A stretch of DNA of 64,000 nucleotides from Trichosphaerium sp. ATCC 40318 (taxonomy: Eukaryota; Protista; Tubulinea), in assembly GCA_038496445.1 (NCBI GenBank), contig JALMLS010000342.1, forward strand, positions 248,877 to 312,876, read 5' to 3'. Below the pieces are notes generated by a model, which was given only the letters and a program-made list of their open reading frames with translations, was not told where the DNA came from and did no database searches. Shown piece by piece: positions 37,829 through 49,227 of the stretch. A program made the position numbers and the translations under genes. Position 1 is the first letter of the stretch. Each line of letters opens with the position of its first letter.

Positions 37829-39956
37829 TTAGTCCCGGAAGTAGAAGCCTTCGTCGTCTTCTAACTTTGGTCGCATCTCCCTTTGGCGAGGTTTTTCAAG
37901 TTCCATACCACGGTCTGCTTTTACCCTATCAAAGAATTCCTTTTCACGTTGGGCCATAGCGGTTTGATGTTTTTCATTCGTTCTCCTATTCTCAAGCGTA
38001 TCCTCTCTTGGGCTACTCAAAGGATCTTCAATTGTCACCCAATCAGATGCTTTTCCAGTTATAGCTCCCTCGTTGCCTGTGAAAGTGTGTTACTTACTCA
38101 ACTACTAAACCGTGTTGTGAGATTAAAAACAATTACGTACCAAACACTTCTTGATAATGTTCTGAATCCTTCCAGTCTCTAGAGCAAAATACGTTAACGA
38201 GGAAAAAAAAAAATTGGGTTGCATACGGTGAACTCTTCTTTGTTTCCACTTCACCAAACCTATCAATGTACATTTGCTTCTTATTGAATCTTTTGCATGC
38301 TGCCAGTACTATGTTCTTGAGTTTGGATGTTGCTTCCAGTCCTTTGGAGAGCATCTCATCGATAATAGCAAAGCCCTCATCAAAACTTCTACCTCGAACT
38401 AAAACCTCAATTACTCTGCTGTACACTTCTACAGTTGGGTCGACATTTCGCTATAAATTAGACATTAATGGGATGACACTTTAGGGTTACTTTTTTTTTT
38501 TTCAAAGATCAGCGCAAACCTTTTTCATATCCTCGAAGTACCAAAGTGTCAAGTCTTTCTTTTTGGATTTGGAGTAATGCTTGATCAAGATAAGGTAGAT
38601 ATCTGAAGTAGGCTTAATCCCTTTGTCCTCCATCTCTTGAAACTTTTTGTGAATGTATTCCAATCTACGAGAATTTATTGAATGTTTTATTGGATTGTGT
38701 TAATCTGGTCTTTTATTGGTGGTAACGTACTTGTTGCTCTTTACCAAACATTCTATTAGGTACTTGTAGGTGTCTAAATTTGCGTCTAAACCATAGTGTG
38801 GCAAGAGTGTAACCATTCGGCGAGCTAACTCATAATCACAAGTTACACTTGTACGTTTAATTATGCTATTTATATTAAAGGTAATAGGACGGATGTTTTG
38901 AGATTGCATAATCTAGCAAGTAGCCATAAGTTCAACTCCTTATTGGCAAACAAAAAAAAAAAACATATCATTTACATACCACTAAGAACTCTCGAGCAAG
39001 TTCAGGCTTTCCTGCAAGGCACATGACTTCAATTACGGCGCTATTGGAATAATGTGAACATACGGTTTCGGTGTTGTATAGTATTTACCTGTATGATAGT
39101 AAAGTAGGTTGTGTACCTAGCAGTCAGTTAATTCCGTTTCATTTTATATTTGAATTTTTAGGGGGCTACCAGATGCCTTCAATTCCTCCCAGATTGTAAG
39201 AGCGTCATCTAAGTTATTGCGTTTGGCGGTGGCCACCATCATAGCTGCGCATACGTCTATTTGATAGTTAGTAAAGAGCTTCGCAGCTAAGCAGTGATTG
39301 CTTTCCTTCTTTGTACTGTGTCGTTCCTTCTTGTCGCCGAGCATCATCAAAGGTTTCCAATACGTCCGGGTAATTGCGCTTGGTTAATAACAGTCAACAC
39401 AAAATAATAAAAAAAAAGAAAGTTGACACCGCAATGTGTCATGCCAAACAAAAAAAAAAAAAAGCACTCACTCTTGTAGAATTTTTTACAACGGCCGCCA
39501 AGAACTCTCCAATATGTTCAGGTGTGCATTTGGTCTCGTCATACCGCAGTTCGCTGTCTGCGAACATGGAAAACCAAAAAGTTTCTTGTGGACCGAAAAC
39601 ATCCACCTCAGGCTCTTTCCCGTGTATGGTCGCTGTACCGTCCGTGCAATACGCCATGTAGCCTGTACCTGTCATTATTAAAATTATTTTACTTTATAAC
39701 TCTATGTGAGCACATACCAGGCGTAGTTGAGTTCACTCGCAAGAAGTGGGAGCGTCCAAGGTTGTACACGCATCGAGAGCTTGTTTGGTGCGTAACACTT
39801 CGCACTGGCGTAGCTTTAATGTATTTAGTACGCACCGAAGCACCACGTATTATTCTGAGCAGCATAGCTGCCAGCTACAGAAATTTTTCGTGTTTGGAAC
39901 AATGTTGACATTGTGGAGTTTTTTTTTTTGGTTGTTTGCTCTTTTATTACCACCAT
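37829..39956 (-). CDS. Pentatricopeptide-repeat (PPR) protein, probably mitochondrial
   Basis: Arg/Ser-rich, acid-free leader MLLRIIRGASVRTKYIKATPVRSV (ATG at 39865 or 39956); tandem ~35-aa motifs such as TYKYLIECLVKSN..FQEMEDKGIKPT and VYSRVIEVLVRGRSFDEGFAIIDEMLSKGLEAT. Confidence 0.85.
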
Positions 39957-39996
39957 TTTAGTTGGTTGCTGAGGTCCCTACCCCTTCTCTTGCGTA

Positions 39997-41129
39997 ATGA
40001 AGGGCGTAGTGCGATTGTTTAAAGAGGGTAAGACAGGTGACAAGTTTCACAGTGTGAGTGTTAAACTGTAAATAAAACGGTCATATTAACATAGCTTTTA
40101 GGCACTCTCACAGGTACAAAATTAAATTCCACTGAACGATTGGTTTTTTTTCCTTCTTTCCGCGTTTTATTGGTACATCTAGGCAAACTACACCGTACAA
40201 TACTCTCCAGTGCTGTCCTTCGCGTACATAAATGCAGAGGCGCTCAAAAATGCTTTAGAGCACGCAAATGCGTACTCAGGCATGGTAGTAACAAGTTCGC
40301 GAGCTTTCACGGCATTGCGTAATTTATTTCCTGATGAGGCTACTTTACAACATTTGTGCAGCCCATGGCTTACTAAACCTCTGTTTGTAGTTGTGCGCAA
40401 CCACAGCTATTTTATTTTTTTGTATTGTTTTTTTTTAATCACGTGACTTCAGGGAAAATCAACACTATCCAAGGCTCCTGTAAAATTTAAAAATATTACT
40501 CAAGGCCCAGCGGGATCAATAGAGCTTTCAAAATTAATTGTTGCAAAAGTGAAATGCAAAGAAGAGGTACAAATAAACCTTTACACTCATGTAGAAACCG
40601 TTAAGTATATTGTTTTGTATGCAGGAAACTAATTATGTCAACAGTCTCTACCATTACTTTATCTATGCAGTAGTATACGTCGCAACGAACTACCAGATGC
40701 CCTTGCTTTAGAGGGGATTAAACTCGCAGAACTTGTTGTATACGAGACTGTAGGAATAGATATCAACTTGGAAGACCAAAGGTAAAGAGTAAAATTCTCA
40801 TTTTTTTTGTAATTTATTCTCGTTTGTTGCAATTTGACACTTTTGCTTATCCACATTAGTGACAAGCCTTGTTGGGTAGTTTTCTTTTCCCCGAGTGGTG
40901 TAAAGGCGGTACTAAGCAAGTATCCTCCATCATCCAAAATGTGGACTGACATTAAATTTGTGCGTTTCATCCTTTTTTTTTTGTTCTGTTTTTGCACTAG
41001 CATCTGATTAGATGTTAGGCCTCCATTGGTAAAACTACAAATGCTTCCTTGATTTCATATGGTATCATTGATTCCACTGTCGCAACATCGCCCACACCAA
41101 AAGGTCTGATAGAAGTAATTGATAAGTAA
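39997..41129 (+). CDS. UROS: Uroporphyrinogen-III synthase (HemD/UROS)
   Basis: PVLSFAY, YSGMVVTSSRA, LLYLCSSIRRNELPDAL..GIKLAELVVYET, WVVFFSPSGV, ASIGKTT and ATSPTPKGL. Confidence 0.9.
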
Positions 41130-41174
41130 AGTAACGCTTCTTTCTTGCGATATTCGGTTTAGTTTCCCTTGGAC

Positions 41175-42630
41175 TTATGCAATGGCTTTCTTAATGGCGA
41201 GTAGTAGATCCCTTGAGAAAAATGTCACCAGAATTAAGAACAGCCAAAAGAAAAGGGGCACCTTTGCTTTACTTTCTTGTTAAGTACTCGAAACTTAGAC
41301 CAATCCCAGTCTACAGTTGGATACATTGAACTAAGTACATACGGAAAGTATGCTAGCAAGCCGCTTCCACCTTTGTGGACAATCTGAGGGACAGAAATGC
41401 GGTACCTAAGTCTCCACGGTTAACATCAATAACCAAAGCAATAATCAGCAAAACAAAAAAAAAAAAAAAAAAAAAAAGAAAAGAGAAGTAGGTTACCAGT
41501 TGTAACAATGGTCTATATGTAACGTGGTTGTTAGCTGCTCCATAAATTTTATTCTGTTCGATTCATTGCGCCAATAGTTTCTTGAAGCGAATCTATTCAA
41601 CTCCCAAGTGTAATCTGGATACAATGTTGCAAGTAACTTTGCAAGTGAACTGCCATACCTTTAATATTGAGTTAGCAATGAGTTGAGGTGCTATCATAAG
41701 TAGTAGTACTTGTTGAGGATGGTTGCTCCACCGCACTTTGCAACGTCTACTTGTTGTACTGTATACCACCCAGCCATATCTTTTATCTTGAGCAACTTAC
41801 CAATGTGGTTCATTTTGCGTCTCTGGTTGGCTGGATCATCCCAATGAAACATGGGCGTTCTTCTACAACAAAGGGTCACAAAAAATTGTACGAATAAAGA
41901 AAAAAAAAAAAAGAAAAAAAAGAGGTGGTTGGTTACTTGAATCTGTGACTCTGCCACGAAAACTCTGGGAATACTTGCTTCAAACACAGCGTTATGCTAT
42001 CATTGTATCTAGTGAGGTCGGTTACAGAACGTCCGAATAGTCGGTTCAGCGCTACCTTGTCTTCAATAATTTGTACATAACGCGTTGCTCATCTACCGCC
42101 ATTACATCTTTGTAGTTATACAAGTACCAGTCTTGAAGCTTCTTAACACCTAATAAGCTACCAACTGCAAGTACATGCATTCGTTGAGTAACCAAATCGC
42201 CCCAGTAACTGGTAGGAGCGTTCCTACGAATAATAATGACTACAAAACGGGGACAACACCAAAAAAAAAAAAAAAAAATAAAACAAAGGGGGGGTTACCT
42301 GAAGCGGTGCAATCTCCATGTATGACTTGGGTACAAACATTGCAACGCACGTGGAAGAGAGTTACCAAACCTAGTTTCAATTTAAAAAAAAAGATTGTCA
42401 GCTTTTGCGTCGTTTACAAAGAACGCTTGCTATAGCGTATACACGCGTTTAGGTTCAAGCCTAGTTAATCTGTACCTGCTCAAAAGCGATGCAGCGCCTA
42501 ATTCCAGCAACTCTTCCTTCGTTATACTGTACCATTCATCTATGGTATGTACACAAAGTTTGCGCTCTGCTTGCCGAAAAAACCGCGTTTGGTTTGTTCT
42601 GAGCAGCCAGAACCCTCGGGGAACGTTCAT
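41175..42630 (-). CDS. Trp-rich repeat protein (4 units) lacking the nuclease domain; paralog 4
   Basis: MNVPRGFWLLRTNQTRFF..DEWY; NAPTSYWGD..QDWY; TPMFHWDDPANQRRKM..AGWY; RNYWRNESNRIKFM..NWYRIS; ends KKVKQRDLLLAIKKAIA* (41175). A 5' exon near 42803 is possible. Confidence 0.72.
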
Positions 42631-43383
42631 GGGCGTAGGTAGGAGTGACAGATTGACATAGTAATTTTTTTTTTTTTTGGTTTATTTTGAGATAAAGCGA
42701 GACCAAACTTCAAATTTTTTTTGTTTTTGGGTGAAAAAAGGACAAAACACCTCCTCGTCCTGTATTTTGATTTGTCCGCTCTATTGGCGAGCCTCACGCG
42801 CATAACGGAACAATGAGCAGTCGTGTACGTTATTACACCACAAATAAACCGAATTTTTTTTTGGCCCAAAACCACCGTAAAGCGGCCAGAGTAGCCACGT
42901 TTTAACGCCACGATTGTTTGTTGTTATCAGGACGCAGTTTTCAACAACATAGTTGCTTGTTTTGCGCTCGTACCCTGATATCAGGTAACAAGACGTGTTT
43001 GATACTACTGAGTATGTAATATCGAAAAATGGACAGAACTTTTTTTAATTAAACAGTTGCGCCACTTGCTGAGCTGTAATAGACCAAATAGAGAAAAAAA
43101 TTACTACGCCCTAACTCCGTGTATCTGTGGTAGTGCTGGGCGTGTCTATACGGTTGTTTTTTTTTTCTTGTTGTTGTTGCTTGCAAAAAAAAAAAAAATT
43201 GAACCTTGTATTCGCATTGCGCTGTTGCCTAGGGTTATTTGACATTCTTCTTTATTGCACCCTTTTGGTTTTGTTATTTCACCAAATCATTTTTCTTTTT
43301 CAAAACCTCACATTAACCACAAACTAAAAACCGTTATCTTATAAAATTTTAACGTACGTGGTACGTACTAAATTCTATTATAG

Positions 43384-46300
43384 CAATCCCCGTCGTTGTA
43401 CATCAACAAATTGAAGGAATCTGCAGATCTCACAGTGCTCAAACAACTTCGCAAAACGTTGGAGAATGAGAAAATAAGTTGGATAGAGCGTTTCAGGCGA
43501 AAGGGTGGCTCCAAGTGCTTGATTCTTACTTTAGAGCGTATTAAAACTTCCAAAACGCAAGGTACAAGAGAAGAACACATGCTAATACAATGCATGAAAT
43601 GTTTACAACAACTCATGAGTGACAAGGAGGTATGTAAAGTTTTTCTCTAGCACGTGTAATTTTTTTTTTTTTTTGTTTGTCTACTAATCACACCCCTTAA
43701 CAGGCGACCACAGACTTACTAGTTAGCGAACCAAATCTGATCAGTGAAATTGCAGAAGCAATTGATACTCCATTTGGCTCTGTAAAAGGTAAGTACAATT
43801 CTATAAAGCCAATTATCAATTTGTCACTGTTTTTTTTTTTTTTATGTTGCAATACATATTTGTTTTAACCTTCGTCTACTTTTTATTCACAAGCTTCTTT
43901 TTTAAAGCTATGGTGTATGAATTACTTGCTGCTATTGTACTCCTTACTGAAGACGGGCATCGTAAAGTATTAAAGGCCATGGATTGGTAAATAACGACCT
44001 TTTTTTTTTTTTGCTTAACTATTCTTTTTCTTCCTATCTACCTGTTTGTTAACTAGGAGATTAGGTACCACTACAAATTTAGGGAGCGCCGTAGATTTCA
44101 AAATCTCGTTGATTGTGTGAGACTTGATAAGAGTTCAACTGTTAGAGCAACTGCGTTTTCGTTCATCAATTGTTTATTGAATACCCCAGAAGAACTGGAT
44201 GCCCGTGTAGATTTGCGTCAAGAATTTCAGTCATTGGGGCTCGACATAGCGAAATTGAAACAAACTGAATTAGACGAAAAAGTTCTAGAGCAAGTGGAAG
44301 CGTTCGATCAAGATGCACAACAAGGTGGGCATACATTTTTTTTTAACGCATCTTGTGTGCGGTAGGGTAGTAGTATCAATTGACAGAACAAACAATAAAA
44401 AAAAAAAAAAACTCGCCAAAACAACCCAATTCGCCGGAAAACCGACTGATTAATTTTTTTCAGATGAGGAAGAGTATAAGGAACGCATGGCTGGCCGCAA
44501 GATCAATTTCCGCGCACCAAAGGATCTCTTTATTAATTTGATTTCTCACCTAAGACCAGCGCCTCACTTGCGCCCACTGTTTCTATCTATAATGCGAGAC
44601 ATGAACTTGATGAAAACTGACAAAGATGGTGGTCTGAAATGCTGGTTGTTGGCTACAAAATTTATTCACAATGTTGCTGCTAATACAAAATCGTTCTCGT
44701 GGGATAATGGTGCGTGACAACAAATTATTGTGACAACAAAAACCTGTTTTTGTTTGAACAAAAGCGAACGAAAAAAAAAAAAACCCCTATTGGCTTGACA
44801 CGTGTTTCAAAATCATTCTTCGAATCCGCTAAGTTAATGTGTTCGGTTTTTTTTCTGCTTGTGTTCTGTTTGGGGCGCTGAACTAATGCATTTTTTTTAC
44901 CCCTAGACCACACTGTGGATTTTGATGAATTAATGGAAGCCATTGACGAAGAAGAACTTGAGTTGCTTCGATCATCGCCCAAAGATGCTGCTGTGCGCTT
45001 AAGGAAAGAGCTTGAGGAATGTCAGCAAAAGCTTGATGGGTTAGATGATCTCAAGAAAGAAAACAAGGCTTTACAAGAACAAATTGTCAAACTTAAAAAG
45101 AGTGTGGCCTCTGGAGGAGGTACCCCCTTTGTTCTCATTTTCGTACCTTTTCTCATTGTCTTTTTTAACCTGACCACACCGTAGCGCCACCACCTAAATC
45201 AAAACCATTGGAAATATCTTCAGCACCACTTCCCCCACCACCACCTCCTCCAGGCATGGCCGTTACAGGAGGACCTCCACCACCCCCACCCCCACCGGGC
45301 ATGGCCGTTACAGGGGGACCACCGCCGCCTCCACCACCAGGTATGAGTGGCCCAGGAGGACCACCACCGCCACCACCACCGCCGGGTATGGGCGGGCCTC
45401 CAGGACCGCCACCACTACCTGGAATGCCAGGGCCTCCTGGTGCGCCGCCAATGGGAAAACCAAAGCCCACCTATACGGTACGTTCTATCGCTTCTCATTA
45501 TTATTATTTGCTTACGCCTCCCATGTTTTGCACATATTGGTTCTACACTTATAGTCTTTATTATATATCTATGTAGTTATATATATGTTTATTAATACGT
45601 ACCCCTATCATCGGTGACATACATATCGAAGTTTTGTTTTGCCCAAGCCTGGCCTCTGAACTAACCTATTTATCTAAACAAAAGGGACCCAAACCATCAG
45701 TAAAAATGCGAAATTTGAACTGGCGTAAAGTTCCTGCGCACAAATTACAGAATACAATTTTCGCGGATATGAAGTGGCAAGATTTGAAATTCAACCACGC
45801 AGATCTCGAAAAGAAATTCGCAAAAAAAATCATTATCAAGAAAAAGAAAGAAGGTACGCCGCCACCCAAAAATACTTTTTTTCTCAGTGCTTTTTTTTTG
45901 TTTTGTTTTGTTTTCCATTCCTGCACAAATGAACTCTATTGTTAATTAATTTCTTAGCTTCAGCAGTAGCGAAAGCGAAGAAAGTGAGCCTTGTCGCTCC
46001 TAAGAGAAGTCAAAATTGTTCTATTTTTTTGAGTCGTTTTAAGATGGACTCAAGCACTGTAATTAATGCCATCACAAACTGTGATGAGAAAGTTCTTACT
46101 TTAGAAACAGCCTTAAGTTTGCTGTTGAATATGCCAGCAAAGGAAGAGGTACCTACCATTGCTTCTGTTTTATTTATTTATTTATTTATTTTTTTACCAA
46201 ACTGTGTTGTAACGCCTCCACTCCCTAGCTCCAACTCATTAATGATTACTTACAAAACAATGGCAAACCTGAGATGCTGGAAAAAGTGGAACAATTTTAC

Positions 46301-48168
46301 ATCAAATTATCTAAAATTCCAGTACTTCAGCTACGCATGGATGTTATGGTGTTCAAGCTGAGGTTCCCAGAAAAAATGGGCGAGTTGAAGCCAGTGCGTT
46401 GCCCACCTTGGTTGTCTATTTTTTTTTTCTTTCAACTTTTTTTACGCCGCAATGCTGATAGCCTCCGTAGGCAGTGTTTAAAGTTGGCAAAGCTATACGT
46501 GACTTACGTCACAAAGGAAAAAACTTTGTAAAGATAGTGGAGGTACCTACTTGGTTATTTTTCTTTTAGTATATATATAAAGTTGACCCCTTTTTGTTTC
46601 TAACAACCACTCTTAGATTATTTTAGCTGTAGGAAATTTTATAAATCACAGTACTACACGTGGTAATTGTATGGGTTTTTATTTCCCTTCTTTGCTCAAG
46701 GTACATTTTTTACTCTTTTCTTTTCTTTTCATTTATTTTTTTTTTCTTTTGGTTCTGATTTTTTTTGTAGCTTGTTGATACACGTACAACTGATAACAAG
46801 GGAAATTTATTACAATGGATAACAGAGTATATTGAATCAACAAATCCAGAAATCCTTAAATGGACGAATGAGCTGAAGAGTTTAAAACACGCCACCAGGA
46901 GTATGCACACAATTTCAGATTTGTTTTTCTTTTTAAAGAAATTTTATTACATTTAATTGCAAAGCCTCACTAACTATTTGTGCAAACAGTTAGCTGGGGC
47001 AATGTGACTGGCGATATAAACAAAATGAAAGGACAAATGAACTTGTGCGAAAAGAAGTTGAAACAAGTTATTGAGACGAAAGGCAGACCAAAGGATAAAT
47101 TTGACGAAGTTATGCCAGTACGTCGATGTCTGTGTTTGCTTTTTTTTTTCTTCATTATTGTATTTTTTGTTTTCACGATTGAGCGTATTTAACAATGTGT
47201 TAGCCATTCCTTGCTGAAGCAAGAATGGAGTTTGAAGAACTTGAAAAGAGCTCTAAGCTTGTACAAGACCATTACAAGCGCATTGCTGAGAAATTTGGTG
47301 AGAAACCATCCACAGCACCAGAGGTGTTGTTTGGGTATGTCAATGCGTTTGCAGAGGCTTTTAAGGTACGCAACAAGCAACTATCGATAAGACAACTGTT
47401 TCTTTCAGCTGGTAAATAAACTAATACTCTGTGTGTCAAGAAAGCACGCAAAGAAGTTAAGATACGCAAGACACGTGAAGAAAAAGAGCGCCGTAAGAAG
47501 CGGCAAGAAGAAAAGGCGGAGAGGTTGAAGCAACGTCAAAAGACCGGCAAAGACACTGAAGTCAAAAAACTGTCTGAAAAAGAGGAGCGTGAACGCCAGA
47601 GGGAGCTCAGACGTAAACGACGTCGTCAAGAAAAGAATGTGCGTAGCCAACTCTTTTATTTCAATTCAATGTTGCCAAAAAGGGGGGTTTAGTTGGAACT
47701 AACTTACATCTCGTGTAGAAAGCAGATAAACCATCGTCATCATCCTCCTCATCATCGAATGCACCTAAGAAAGAAAAGAAGGCTGTAGTAGTTGTTATTG
47801 ATGATAATCCTGCTAGCGATAGTGAAAAGGAACAACCAGAGGATATCACTGATGCACTTAGCCAGCTAAGGTGCTTTAAATCTTGCCCATTGTTTTGTTT
47901 TTTTTTTTTTCCCCTTTGTTTGTTAAATTAGTAACACTTTTCGCTAATTGTTCATCTATAAGATCTGGCAATGGGTTCCGTAAAAGACGCTTGCGCAGGC
48001 AGAGTACATTACGTCAACGTATGTTTTTATTTTACCATTGCTATGTTTGTTTTTTTTTTGTCCAAATTTCAAAGGCTCTAATTACGGCTTCTAGAGCGTG
48101 AAAATCGTTTGCGTACAGCAAATGATGTGTTTGGCGTTGATAAAGCTGGTGATGATGAAGAAGAGTAG
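43384..48168 (+). CDS. Diaphanous-related formin (GBD/FH3-FH1-FH2-DAD), copy 1; start codon not located
   Basis: SPSLYINKL..SWIERF..GG (GBD); FSFINCLLNTPEELDARVDLRQEF (FH3); polyproline FH1; KMRNLNWRKV..NTIF, KRSQNCSIFLSRF, ILAVGNFIN..GF..SLLKLVDTR (FH2); DALSQLRSGNGFRKRR (DAD). Confidence 0.93.
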
Positions 48169-48463
48169 GTTATTCTTTGTTGTGTATAAAATGTTTTTTG
48201 TTGTACAAAAGTAAGTTGTAGCATGACTCAATAAAGATAACATTTATAAGTTTTGGTGTTACAGTGGAAAGTGTGCTGCCAATGTTGACAATCCAAATTT
48301 GGTTTTGGTAAAGATGTTATACAGTAAAAGTAACTTTAATCTAAAATACAATTATAAGTATGCTAAAAGCAACAAAATGAACGTTATTGTAAACTGTTTC
48401 ACATTAGTTAGTGATACATAATAACTTAAAGAAAAAGCAAGGCTAGTAAAATATTGGACTCAA

Positions 48464-48614
48464 AACCCTAATACATATTAACCTAACCCTAATTCTACTT
48501 AGGGTTGTAACCCTATATCTAGCCCTAGCCAACATAGTGTAATCATTAGGGTTGTAAACCTAGCCCTAACCCTAACCCTAACATAGAATCTGATATTAAG
48601 CCCTAATCCTAATC
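48464..48614 (+). repeat. Degenerate telomere-like (CCCTAA) tract
   Basis: aaccctaa, acctaaccctaa, agccctagcc, gccctaaccctaaccctaac and ccctaatcctaatc, interspersed with two ttagggttgtaa. Confidence 0.75.
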
Positions 48615-49227
48615 TACAATATTATCAATCAAGTAAAAAGCAAATTACATTTGATGAAGGATTTTCACAGAACAAGGAAGGCCAAAAACCTTTTGATTTT
48701 CAATGCAAGTCCAAAAAAGTGTTGCAAGTAATCAAAGCTATTTTTTTCAAATCACAAAACAATTCATAAGACATGAGTCGTAATAACTTTGGGCTTTATT
48801 CTTGTAAATTATACAACAAGATTATTTTAGGTTTGGTATGTATTAAACTGCACCACATGATGATAATTTTAAATTATTTACAAAACTGAGGTTTAACTCC
48901 TCTGTCATGTGCCCAACACCTGGTAAAAGGCAATCACCAGCCATATAAAAAATCTAGTAAATAGATAAAACTTCTTGGCTGTAGTTTAAATGACATTGTA
49001 CATTGTGAAAAAGTGTTTAAAACTCAAAATAAACAGTTTATCAGCTTGAACCAACTTATGTTTTGAATTGTTTTGATTTGGAAAAATAACTTCGATTACT
49101 TGCAACTTGCATTGAAAATTGCAAAGTTGGATTTCACTACCAAATTTATGTATTCTGTTAAAATACTTCGTTGGATGTAATTTGCTTTTTACTTATTAAG
49201 ATTATATTCTATAAACCAATTAGGGTT
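48601..49227. repeat. Nested imperfect inverted repeat (~170-bp arms, ~275-bp loop), MITE/fold-back-like
   Basis: aagtaaaaagcaaattacat (48631-48650) pairs perfectly with 49175-49194; ttttcaatgcaagt pairs with acttgcattgaaaa; ttgcaagtaatc pairs with gattacttgcaa; outer ends are ccctaa / ttaggg. Confidence 0.75.

Noticed and set aside
45165-45470. Gly-rich minus-strand ORF (also 57629..58024)
   Set aside because: Antisense of the formin polyproline FH1 region.
48464-48614. A true chromosome end (telomere) at this position
   Set aside because: Repeats are short, degenerate, internal and of the wrong polarity for a right-hand end; kept only as a telomere-like tract.
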